A stretch of DNA of 64,000 nt from the human T2T-CHM13v2.0 reference genome, Homo sapiens. Where the stretch lies: assembly GCF_009914755.1 (NCBI RefSeq), contig NC_060927.1; one strand, 5' to 3'. The position numbers and the translations under genes are program-made. The notes beneath the pieces were generated by a model. That model had not been told where the DNA came from. It was given only the letters and a program-made list of their open reading frames with translations, and did not search any database. This document shows, one piece after another, positions 35,718 to 56,418 of the stretch (position 1 is its first letter; each line of letters opens with the position of its first letter).

Positions 35718-37721
35718 TAGGAATACAGGCAAGTGCCACCACACCCAGCTAATTTTCTTTTTGTTCTTTCAGTAGAGATGGGTTTCACCATGTTGCCCAG
35801 GCTGACCTCAAACTCATGGACTCAAGCAATTCACCCGCCTCAGCCTCCCAAAGTGTGGGGTTACGGGCATGCATTCCGCACCTGGCTACTCTAGCATTTC
35901 TTTACCTTCAACATCAGCAGCAATAATAACCCGTGGTAGCTGGATGAGGGATTGTAAATCTGAGTATTGAGGACAGGGGTAAAGTGTACATAGACTTGTG
36001 AGAACCATACAGTAAACACTTGCACGCAGAGCCGCTGGCTACACCGAGCAGCACATTATGCACTGTACAGCATTTTTGTATTGCTGTGTTTGGCTGTCTT
36101 AGTATACTTGGTGTTTAGGCCTCATCACAAAATAGTCACATGCAGGGAAAAATCAATGAACCAACGTGATTCCTTGTTATACTGATGCCATTCCCTTATT
36201 TATGAATTTCACATGAGTTCATTCACATCGCAGAAACACATGCTTTCACAGAATAAACTGTATACTTGGATCTACCCATTTTTTTCTATATGAATGTAGC
36301 ATAACAGTTCTGTGTTAATGAACACAGTTCATGGTTTAAATTTTGTGTTTTAGAAAATGTAATGAGCAACTTATTTATATCTGTGATACCCAGGATGGGG
36401 TTTCAGGTGGTGTTTTTAGATTCAACTAAGCAGTCAAACTCACAGGACCTAATCAAGCCATGTTGAGAAAAGATTCCCTTCGAGAAGGATATTAGAAGGA
36501 ATACACAGCGTGCCAGCGCAGTAGAGCCAGGCATTCCTCTTGGGCTCCACATAGCAGTGGAAGGGCTGTCATCTGTGCCTCTCTCCCTCCCCATGCAGCT
36601 CAAGTACCAGAGCACAAGACCACAATAGACAGATGGGAGGACCAGCCTGGCTTAGAAAGATCATGTCCCAAATAGGAACCAGTATCTTTTTATTTTTAGA
36701 GATCTGCTTAAATAGATAGTTGCAGCTCATATACATCATGCCTAAAGTTAATACAATTCTGGAAAGAATGAAATTAGTGCTTGTGATTACTGTTCTTGTC
36801 TAGGTGACCACAAAGTAACAATGATGGAAACTTACGGAAGGGACGTACATTTATTCCTCCCATGGGAAGTGTGGTTTTTTTTTCCTTAAGAAATTTTCTT
36901 AAGTGACTCCCTTTAGAAAGCTGTACATTGGCCAGAAATGAAAATGTTTGTGCTTTTCAGCAGAAGCGCTGACAGTAGTAATTTCATTAACTTCTCTCAA
37001 ATCAACTTTGTGTCCTTGAACTATTTTTTTTTTAAAGCGTGGTATCACAGTACTTGAGATGGCCATCTGGTGTTCAATGGAAAGATTTAAAGAACACTCA
37101 GAACTGTCCAAAGATGAAATAAGCTCTGTAAGAGGCAGTGAAGTCCTCATCATTAGGTGACCTCCTGATAGGAATTGTATGGTGTGAATTAAAATATTGG
37201 GTAGATGGTAGAGCATGATGATATTTTAGACCTTTCAAGGAAGTCCTTTTACCCCATGATTCTGTCCCACTTGTTTTGCATGTTACACATGTTTCTGTGA
37301 TCACAGAGTTGAAGGTGAGGAAAACATTTTCAGTGTAATTCAGACAGCTATTCTCCCTGACCCCAAATTATCTGTGCATTTGCCTCAATCACCCACTTTG
37401 CTTTACCTGGAGAGTATAATATTTCTGTAGCATTTCTGTTTCCATATAGATTTATCTTCATTCATCACAGAGTTCTAAATGCCAGCTGCCTGCCATTCCA
37501 AGGGAATTGAACACAATGGAAGCACTTAGGGCAGAAAATAGATTTCACTTCAAGGTTCAGTCTAGTCATCTTAAAGGTTTATGTATTTCACCACTTTTAA
37601 GTGAATGTCTTGTCAGCCTCTCACAGTTGAAACATTTTAAATATGTATATCAGAGGAATTGCAGAAAATATTAGGAGTTGCAGAGAATCTAGTCTAATTA
37701 AACCCTGTTGGTGATTTTCAG

Positions 37722-37798
37722 AATGAAGCGATGACTGGTTCTCACACTCAGAATCGAGTACTCTCTCGAATCACTCTGGCATTAATGGAGGACACTGG
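37722..37798 (+). CDS. LMLN: LMLN coding exon with Met-turn ([26 protein letters not shown])
   Basis: ttttcag acceptor, TGG|gtaaga donor, 77 nt. Confidence 0.93.
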
Positions 37799-38369
37799 GT
37801 AAGACAGCTGTGACAAGAGGATATGAATTGCTTATGAAAATGAAATTAATACTGAGCTTATAGCTTAAGAAAATGCTGACATTTTATGCTGAAGCAAAAT
37901 ATACTTATTAATTATTTGAATCTTGTACAGTTAGCTGTCCGTTATTCATACCAACTCCATTCATTCATTCGTTCATTCAATAAATACTTTTGTTGTTGGT
38001 TTTAAAATAGGGTCTCACTCCTTCTGCGCAGGCTGGAGTGCAGTGGCAATCTGGACTCACTAATCCTGGACTTCCCGGGCTCAAGCAGTCCTCTCACCTC
38101 AGCTTCCTGCGTGGCTGGGACTACAGGCACGTGCCACCATGCCTGGCTAACTGTGTATTTTTAATAGAGTCGGGGTTTTGTCATGTTACCCAGGTTCACA
38201 AACTTCTGGGCTCAAATGATCCACCCACCTTGGCCTCCCAAAGTGCTGGGATTACAGGCCTGAGCCACCTCACCTGGCCTCAACAAATATTTGAGGCCCC
38301 GAGACATAGTAATAATTAGGACATACCCCTGATATGATTTGTTTTCGAATAAGCAGGGGCTGAGCCCAT

Positions 38370-38460
38370 ATGAAGGAAAGAGTAAACAATTTTTAAATTA
38401 TAAAGGAAAGACTAAACAATGTTTAAATTATGAAGGAAAGACTAAACAATTTTTAAATGA
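38370..38460. repeat. Three tandem copies of a 30 bp unit (tgaaggaaagactaaacaatttttaaatta)
   Basis: Read directly. Confidence 0.9.
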
Positions 38461-38528
38461 CTGGTTTTTTATAAAACAATGGAACTTTCAGGTAAAGCCA
38501 TGAAATACTGTTTTGTTTATTTTTTTAA

Positions 38529-38660
<132 letters not shown>

Positions 38661-38847
38661 TAAATGAAATCTTTTATACAACCCCTACATATAAAAAAAA
38701 TGAAAGCTGCTTTAGTGGAAGCGTTGTTACCTCTTACTCTTTCTAAGACAGTCTGAGAGAAAATTAGAAAATTGAATCAAATTTGAAAATTAATGGTAGA
38801 GGTGCTATTAAAACCATGAAAATTGTTGACACTACCTTCACTGTTGA

Positions 38848-39207
<360 letters not shown>

Positions 39208-40895
39208 TAAATGAGTAAATATCTGTAAAGCTCTTAGTACAGCGCTTGGCACACTGTGAGTGCCAACTAAGTATGAGCATCATATAAAAACCTGAGCTAA
39301 GGCTTCATGAAACAATACTTACCCTGACCACCTACAGTGCAGTCCTTTATTGTATTGAGTTTTTATTTTTATTATTTTTTTTTATTTTTAGTTTTTAGTT
39401 TTTAAAGAGAGAGAAAGAAATGTTAATCAAGATCCACTACGTTGGTTTGACAACTCACTAATACTCAGAAACTCTCTGTTTCTAATGCCCCCTCTACTCC
39501 CTCACTAGTGCTCATCCTTCTGAGTTGAGCTAAAGTTGCTTCCTCAGAAAAACCTTCCCGAATTCTTCAGACTAATGTAGGTGTTTCTGTTACTGTGTTC
39601 CTGTTAGCATCATATACTTCTCCTTTGGAATATTCATCACACTTCAAATGTTTTGTTTTAGTATCTGTCTTCCCTACTAGATTATGATCTTCATGAGAGC
39701 AGGTTCTGTTTATTGATTTACTACTGTAGCCTTCATTTAACAAAGTGCCTACCATGCGACAAATGCTTAGGAACTGTTGACTGCTAATACAGAAAGAGCT
39801 GCAAAGAAACGGTTATCAGGAAGGTCTCATGATGTGTAGCTGGAGTGCCCACCTGAGGATGGAATAACAGCGCTGATAAGATATTCTGCGCTCATCGACA
39901 TGTACCTTCACAAAGGAGTCTACTTACTCCACATTTTATTCATAGGGCTAAGGGCTTCTGAACCTGAGCACTGCTAAAATAATTGCTAGTGCACAACATT
40001 AGGGGCACCTGTCACTATCTGGACAGTTTGACCTTGCTGCGATACCAAGTTAGCTAGTAACGTAACTCACATTGTAGTTGCAGAAGTTGCAGGCATTTTG
40101 GCATTGGAGCACCGCGACTCCTTCAGTTTCTGTCTGAGTGAGAGTTTTGTTCGTTGACAGGAGAGAAGTTTTGGAAGATGCTACATTACACATTTGTTTG
40201 ATTTTGTAGCAAGGTGGTACAAGTGGAGGGGATAATTCTTATCTCCCCAACTTTCAAGCCTATTTTTTTCAATATTATTATTTTTTATTATAGAGATGGG
40301 GTTTCGCCACGTTGCCCAGGCTGGTCTCAAACTCCTGAGCTAAAGTGATCCACCCACCTTGGCCTCACTAAGTACTGAGATTTCAGGCGTGAGCCACTGC
40401 GCCCAGCCCTGAGCCTATGTTTTTATTTACTGTTTTGATAATGCTAAAGGAACAAAATATAATACACACAGGTAAGAGACTATTTTGTATAATTTTATAA
40501 CTTTTGCAAGCAAATCTTGTCTCTAAAAATAAATAAAAACTAAAACAAATTGATTGCTTTCAATTAAATTTGTCTGGAAACTCCATCAGTGCTTTCTTTT
40601 TTCTCTTACTAGAACTTTTTTTTTTGAGACAAGGTCTCACTCTATTTCCCAGGCTGGAGTGCAGTGGCATGATCCTGGGCTGAGGTGATCCTGCCACTTC
40701 AGCCTCTCAGGTAACTGAGACTATAAGTACACACCACTGCACACCTGGCTAACTTTTTGTATTTTTAGTAGAGACAGGGTCTCACCATGTTGGCCAGGCT
40801 GGTCTCGAACTCCCAACCTCAAATGGTCAACCGCCTCAGCCTCCCAGAGTGCTGGGGTTACAAATGTGAGTCACTGCGCCCAGCTAGGACATTTA

Positions 40896-41048
<153 letters not shown>

Positions 41049-41051
41049 TCA

Positions 41052-41213
<162 letters not shown>

Positions 41214-41470
41214 TTACAATAGAAATTTTATACTTATGTCAAAGTATAAAAGTATTTAATACCTCCATCATAAGCCTGGTTATGGAATCCCTGTGTAGCA
41301 GTCCCTGTGCGGCAAGAACGTTGTGAGTGATCACTTACAGTGATGGCCTCTGGCCTCCAAAATCTTTCTTAAGGTCCTAATGTGCTCATTGTTGAGATTC
41401 TCAATTGTTATGCTAGAGTTGTTTTTGAAAGGACAGCAGTAAAAATTGCTTTGTTTGAATTATTCCACAG

Positions 41471-41581
41471 CTGGTATAAAGCAAATTACAGCATGGCTGA
41501 GAAGTTAGACTGGGGCCGAGGAATGGGCTGTGACTTTGTCAGGAAGAGCTGTAAATTCTGGATTGATCAGCAGAGACAAAA
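41471..41581 (+). CDS. LMLN: LMLN symmetric 111-nt (37 codon) exon, skippable in frame ([37 protein letters not shown])
   Basis: ttccacag acceptor, AAA|gtaaga donor, phase 2 to 2; matches tail of ORF 41382..41585. Confidence 0.92.
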
Positions 41582-42020
41582 GTAAGAATGCATTTCCTCA
41601 CAGTGTCACTGATTACACAGTTCCTTTCTGACTTTATTCTTTATCCTGAGCCTAAAATGCTATTTTCAAAATGTAGTCTGAGCAGTTCAATTTTAAAATA
41701 TATAGAAAACCATCTATAGATGGTTGGTAATAATATAGTGAGAAGTTAGCTGTAAGTAGTTTTTAATCATATACTAAAGGAATCCACAGTGAAGGGCCCA
41801 CAGCCATGAACATTTCTATTCAGCTTATTAGAACTCATAAATATATATATTTTACAAACCTTTTGTTTCCTCTGTCATTTGTGGTGTTTTCTTCAGAGAA
41901 TGCACCTGTAAACATAGATGCAAATATTGATTCAGTATCAAAAAAAAGGCACTTTTGAATAGGGGTTTCCAAATCCAGATGCATATTATAATCACCTAGC
42001 AAGCTTTTAAAAAATACAGA

Positions 42021-43520
42021 GTAAGTTTGATATCTATCTATATATCATCTATACAGATACATATCATACATAGTAAGTTTGACATTATCTATATATCATC
42101 TATACAGATACATATCATACGTAGTAAGTTTGACATCTATCTATATATCATCTATACAGATACATATCATACGTAGTAAGTTTGACATCTATCTATATAT
42201 CATCTATACAGATACATATCATACGTAGTAAGTTTGCCATCTATCTATATATCATCTATACAGATACATATCATACGTAGTAAGTTTGCCATCTATCTAT
42301 ATATCATCTATACAGATACATATCATACGTAGTAAGTTTGCCATCTATCTATATATCATCTATACAGATACATATCATACGTAGTAAGTTTGCCATCTAT
42401 CTATATATCATCTATACAGATACATATCATACGTAGTAAGTTTGCCATCTATCTATATATCATCTATACAGATACATATCATACGTAGTAAGTTTGACAT
42501 CTATCTATATATCATCTATACAGATACATATCATACGTAGTAAGTTTGCCATCTATCTATATATCATCTATACAGATACATATCATACGTAGTAAGTTTG
42601 CCATCTATCTATATATCATCTATACAGATACATATCATACGTAGTAAGTTTGCCATCTATCTATATATCATCTATACAGATACATATCATACGTAGTAAG
42701 TTTGACATCTATCTATATATCATCTATACAGATACATATCATACGTAGTAAGTTTGCCATCTATCTATATATCATCTATACAGATACATATCATACGTAG
42801 TAAGTTTGCCATCTATCTATATATCATCTATACAGATACATATCATACGTAGTAAGTTTGCCATCTATCTATATATCATCTATACAGATACATATCATAC
42901 GTAGTAAGTTTGCCATCTATCTATATATCATCTATACAGATACATATCATACGTAGTAAGTTTGCCATCTATCTATATATCATCTATACAGATACATATC
43001 ATACGTAGTAAGTTTGACATCTATATATCATCTATACAGATACATATCATACGTAGTAAGTTTGACATCTATCTATATATCATCTATACAGATACATATC
43101 ATACGTAGTAAGTTTGACATCTATCTATATATCATCTATACAGATACATATCATACGTAGTAAGTTTGACATCTATCTATATATCATCTATACAGATACA
43201 TATCATACGTAGTAAGTTTGACATCTATCTATATATCATCTATACAGATACATATCATACGTAGTAAGTTTGACATCTATCTATATATCATCTATACAGA
43301 TACATATCATACGTAGTAAGTTTGACATCTATCTATATATCATCTATACAGATACATATCATACGTAGTAAGTTTGACATCTATCTATATATCATCTATA
43401 CAGATACATATCATACGTAGTAAGTTTGACATCTATCTATATATCATCTATACAGATACATATCATACGTAGTAAGTTTGACATCTATCTATATATCATC
43501 TATACAGATACATATCATAC
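42021..43520. repeat. Minisatellite, 52 bp unit x 29 (gtaagtttg[a/c]catctatctatatatcatctatacagatacatatcatacgta)
   Basis: Near-identical tandem units counted by hand. Confidence 0.97.
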
Positions 43521-43531
43521 ATGTATATATA

Positions 43532-44055
<524 letters not shown>

Positions 44056-44344
44056 TAATCCCAGCACTTTGGGAGGCCGAGGCGGGTGGGTCACTTGAGG
44101 TCAGGAGTTCAAGACCAGCCTGGCCAACATAGTGAAACCCCATCTCTACTAAAAATATAAAAATTAGCCAGGCGTGGTGGTGGGCGCCTGTAACCCTAGC
44201 TACTCAGGAGGCTGAGGCAAGGAAACAGCTTGAATCCAGGAGGCAGGGGTTGCAGTGAGCCAAGATCGCACCACTGTATTCCAGCCTGGGTGACAGAGTG
44301 AGGCTCTGTCTCAAAAAAGAGAAAGCAACAGCAACAACAAAAAT

Positions 44345-50570
<6,226 letters not shown>

Positions 50571-50707
50571 TGAAGCGTTGCACAAATGTCAGTTAAGTCC
50601 TGTTGGTTGATGATGTTGGGTTCTTCTATATCCTTGCTAATTTCCTGCCTAGTTGGTCTATCAGTTGTTGAGAGAATTCACCACCATATCAGTCTTTGAG
50701 TCCTGAA

Positions 50708-53700
50708 GTCCCTAACTAGTCTGACTTCTCTCCACCCTTCAGAGCCCCCTAACTAGTCTGACTTCTCTGTACCGTTCAGAGCCTCCTAACGAGTCTGACT
50801 TCTCTCCACCCTTCAGAGTCCCCTAACTAGTCTGACTTCTCTCCACCCTTCAGAGTCCCCTAACTAGTCTGACTTCTCTGTACCCTTCAGAGTCCCCTAA
50901 CTAGTCTGCCTTCTCTGTACCCTTCAGAGCCCCCTAACTAGTCTGACTTCTCTGTACCTTTCAGAGCCTCCTAACTAGTCTGACTTCTCTGTACCCTTCA
51001 GAGCCCCCTAACTAGTCTGACTTCTCTCCACCCTTCAGAGTCCCCTAACTAGTCTGACTTCTCTGTACCCTTCAGAGTCCCCTAACTAGTCTGACTTCTC
51101 TGTACCCTTCAGAGTCCCCTAACTAGTCTGACTTCTCTGTACCCTTCAGAGCCCCCTAACTAGTCTGACTTCTCTGTACCCTTCAGAGTCCCCTAACTAG
51201 TCTGACTTCTCTGTACCCTTCAGAGTCCCCTAACTAGTCTGACTTCTCTGTACCCTTCAGAGCCCCCTAACTAGTCTGACTTCTCTCCACCCTTCAGAGC
51301 CCCCTAACTAGTCTGACTTCTCTCCACCCCTCAGAGCCCCCTAACTAGTCTGACTTCTCTCCACCCTTTAGAGCCCCCTAACTAGTCTGACTTCTCTGTA
51401 CCCTTCAGAGCCCCTTAACTAGTCTGACTTCTCTGTACCCTTCAGAGTCCCCTAACTAGTCTGACTTCTCTGTACCCTTCAGAGCCCCCTAACTAGTCTG
51501 ACTTCTCTCCACCCTTCAGAGCCCCCCAACTAGTCTGACTTCTCTCCACCCCTCAGAGCCCCCTAACTAGTCTGACTTCTCTCCACCCTTTAGAGCCCCC
51601 TAACTAGTCTGACTTCTCTCCACCCTTCAGAGCCCCCTAACTAGTCTGACTTCTCTCCACCCATCAGAGCCCCCTAACTAGTCTGACTTCTCTCCACCCT
51701 TCAGAGCCTCCTAACTAGTCTGACTTCTCTGTACCCTTCAAAGCCTCCTAACTAGTCTGACTTCTCTGTACCCTTCAGAGCCCCTTAACTAGTCTGACTT
51801 CTCTGTACCCTTCAGAGCCTCCTAACTAGTCTGACTTCTCTCCACCCTTCAGAGCCCCCTAACTAGTCTGACTTCTCTCCACCCTTCAGAGCCCCCTAAC
51901 TAGTCTGACTTCTCTCCACCCTTCAGAGTCCCCTAACTAGTCTGACTTCTCTCCACCCTTCAGAGCCCCCTAACTAGTCTGACTTCTCTCCACCCTTCAG
52001 AGCCTCCTAACTAGTCGGACTTCTCTGTACCCTTCAGAGCCCCTTAACTAGTCTGACTTCTCTGTACCCTTCAGAGCCCCCTAACTAGTCTGACTTCTCT
52101 GTACCCTTCAGAGCCCCCTAACTAGTCTGACTTCTCTCCACCCCTCAGAGCCCCCTAACTAGTCTGACTTCTCTCCACCCTTTAGAGCCCCCTAACTAGT
52201 CTGACTTCTCTCCACCCTTTAGAGCCCTCTAACTAGTCTGACTTCTCTGTACCCTTCAGAGCCTCCTAACTAGTCTGACTTCTCTGTACCCTTCAGAGTC
52301 CCCTAACTAGTCTGACTTCTCTGTACCCTTCAGAGTCCCCTAACTAGTCTGACTTCTCTGTACCCTTCAGAGCCTCCTAACTAGTCTGACTTCTCTGTAC
52401 CCTTCAGAGCCCCTTAACTAGTCTGACTTCTCTGTATCCTTCAGAGCCCCCTAACTAGTCTGACTTCTCTCCACCCTTCAGAGTCCCCTAACTAGTCTGA
52501 CTTCTCTCCACCCATCAGAGCCCCCTAACTAGTCTAACTTCTCTGTATCCTTCAGAGCCCCCTAACTAGTCTGACTTCTCTCCACCCTTCAGAGCCCCCT
52601 AACTAGTCTGACTTCTCTCCACCCTTCAGAGCCCCCTAACTAGTCTGACTTCTCTCCACCCTTCAGAGCCCCCTAACTAGTCTGACTTCTCTCCACCCAT
52701 CAGAGCCCCCTAACTAGTCTAACTTCTCTGTATCCTTCAGAGCCCCCTAACTAGTCTGACTTCTCTCCACCCTTCAGAGCCCCCTAACTAGTCTGACTTC
52801 TCTCCACCCTTCAGAGTCCCCTTAACTAGTCTGACTTCTCTGTATCCTTCAGAGCCCCCTAACTAGTCTGACTTCTCTCCACTCTTCAGAGCCCCCTAAC
52901 TAGTCTGACTTCTCTCCACCCTTCAGAGCCCCCTAACTAGTCTGACTTCTCTCCACCGTTCAGAGCCCGCTAACTAGTCTGACTTCTCTCCACCCTTCAG
53001 AGCCCCCTAACTAGTCTGACTTCTCTCCACCCATCAGAGCCCCCTACCTAGTCTGACTTCTCTCCACCCATCAGAGCCCCCTAAGTAGTCTGACTTCTCT
53101 CCACCCTTCAGAGCCCCCTAACTAGTCTAACTTCTCTCCACCGTTCAGAGCCCGCTAACTAGTCTGACTTCTCTCCACCCTTCAGAGCCCCCTAACTAGT
53201 CTGACTTCTCTCCACCCTTCAGAGTCCCCTTAACTAGTCTGACTTCTCTGTATCCTTCAGAGCCCCCTAACTAGTCTGACTTCTCTCCACTCTTCAGAGC
53301 CCCCTAACTAGTCTGACTTCTCTCCACCCTTCAGAGCCCCCTAACTAGTCTGACTTCTCTCCACCGTTCAGAGCCCGCTAACTAGTCTGACTTCTCTCCA
53401 CCCTTCAGAGCCCCCTAACTAGTCTGACTTCTCTCCACCCTTCAGAGCCTCCTAACTAGTCTGACTTCTCTGTACCCTTCAGAGTCCCCTAACTAGTCTG
53501 ACTTCTCTGTACCTTTCAGAGCCTCCTAACTAGTCTGACTTCTCTCCACCCTTCAGAGCCCCCTAACTAGTCTGACTTCTCTGTACCTTTCAGAGCCTCC
53601 TAACTAGTCTGACTTCTCTCCACCCTTCAGAGCCCCCTAACTAGTCTGACTTCTCTCCACCCTTCAGAGCCCCCTAACTAGTCTGACTTCTCTCCACCCT

Positions 53701-54152
53701 TCAGAGCCCCCTAACTAGTCTGACTTCTCTCCACCCTTCAGAGCCCCCTAACTAGTCTGACTTCTCTCCACCCTTCAGAGCCCCCTAACTAGTCTGACTT
53801 CTCTCCACCCTTCAGAGTCCCCTAACTAGTCTGACTTCTCTCCACCCTTCAGAGTCCCCTAACTAGTCTGACTTCTCTCCACCCCTCAGAGCCCCCTAAG
53901 TAGTTTGACTTCTCTCCACTCTTCAGAGCCCCCTAACTAGTCTGACTTCTCTCCACCCTTCAGAGCCCCCTAACTAGTCTGACTTCTCTCCACCCTTCAG
54001 AGCCCCCTAACTAGTCTGACTTCTCTCCACCCTTCAGAGCCCCCTAACTAGTCTGACTTCCCTCCACCCTTCAGAGTCCCCTAACTAGTCTGACTTCTCT
54101 GTACCCTTCAGAGTCCCCTAACTAGTCTGACTTCTCTCCACCCTTCAGAGTC
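50708..54152. repeat. Large minisatellite, 37 bp unit x ~93 (cctaactagtctgacttctct[cc/gt]acccttcagag[c/t]cc)
   Basis: 37 bp period (taactag at 50824, 50861 and onward) over ~3.45 kb. Confidence 0.97.
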
Positions 54153-55289
54153 TTCTTTTGTTTCTTTAATTTACAGTGTCTGGGTTTTTAGTTGTACTTA
54201 GAAGGGGGAATAGAGAAAAGCACATCTAGTCCATCTTCCAGGAATTAGAAGTGGTACTGATATTTCTATTGTTATATTTAAAAAAAAATTCCCCTGGTGG
54301 GCCGGGTGTGGTGTGGTGGCTCATACCTGTAATCCCAGCAGTTTGGGAAGAGGGAAGATGGCTTGAGCCCAGGAGTTTGAGACCAGACTGGGCAACATGA
54401 CCCCATCTCTACAAAGTAAAAAAATTAGGCTGGCATGGTGGCGTGGCCCTGTAGTCCCAGCTACTTGGAGGCTGTGGTGAGAGGATCCCTTGAGCCCAGG
54501 AGGTCACAGCTGTGGTGAGCTGTGAGCATGCCACTGCACTCCAGTGTGGGTGACAGCAAGACCCTGTTGCAAAAACAAAAAAAAAAAAAAAAAAAGGAAA
54601 AGAAAATACTATTCTCATCTTTTCTCACCTAGGTTAGGTCATAAAGCAATTTAAATCACTTGTAGTTTCTACTAAGGAGTCTGACCTCTGAGTTGTAACC
54701 CTAATGTGAAGATAATAGGCAGTAGCCGGAAGCACCGGCAACCACTCTGGGTGTCCCCAGCTTGTTACCCCTGCACTACAGGTTGACCTGCCAGTTCTCA
54801 AATTTTGCTGCTTATGAAAATCGTCTACAGAACTGGAAAAACTCTCCATACCCCAGTTACTAATTAAGTCATGACTGTGCTGAGAGCCGGGCACTAGCAT
54901 TGTGTGAGTTTGTTTTAATAAATTCCCAAGTGATTTTATGTGTAATGGAGTTTGGGAACCACTGTTCCGGTGTGTCAAAGGAAGTATGTAACTCACACTG
55001 CAGCTGCAAGAGCTTAGGGAGGTTTTTGTTTGTTCACTTTTCTGTTAACAGTTGCAACTCTGTTTATTCCCCTTTTGGTCCCAATTATAACATCACCTAA
55101 GACCAGAAACAGAAGGGACTTCTACTTCTTTATTCTTAAAAACTAAAACTGTGGGTCCCCTGAATTCTCTCCTGTCCTTTGATTCTTAAGCCACTGTCAG
55201 CAAGGTTTTTTTTTGAAGTCCAAATAGTAAATATTTTAGGTTTTGAGGGTTATTACAGTCTCTGTCACAACTACTTACCTCTACTTTTA

Positions 55290-55496
<207 letters not shown>

Positions 55497-55924
55497 TCAA
55501 AAACAAAAAATCGACAAGGAAAAAAAAAACAGGTTGTGGTCAGGATTTGACCCAAGAGTTGAGTTTGCTGACCCCTGTCACAGTCATTCAAATGTCCCAC
55601 TTGTGAGGCATTGAAATTCAGAATCATTTACAGGATAGAAGCCATCTTCTGACATCACAGACCCAGTCTGCCTGTATGTATGTTAGAGATTCCAGTGTGG
55701 CTGTTCTCAAGCACTTCTGGGCTTCGTCATTTGTGACTCTTCTCCATTGTTGGGAAACCAGGGTGAGAAGGGATTGGTTGAGTGAGCGTAGGCAGAGCCA
55801 TACTTCTTTGAATCACTTGAATCTACACCTACTTAAAGTAAGGTTCTTTCTATGTTCGAAGCAACTAAAACTGATAAATCGCCCAACTCCTCTGCCTAGC
55901 TCATTTGGTGTTAATATTGGCTCT

Positions 55925-56418
<494 letters not shown>

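Noticed and set aside
50708-54152. CRISPR-like array (37-bp repeats)
   Set aside because: Units are directly tandem with no unique spacers, there are no cas genes, and the context is a mammalian intron.
50708-54152. Interstitial telomere (CCCTAA in most units) or strong G-quadruplex array
   Set aside because: Only one hexamer per 37 bp and never tandem. The minus strand has two G-runs per unit separated by a long loop.
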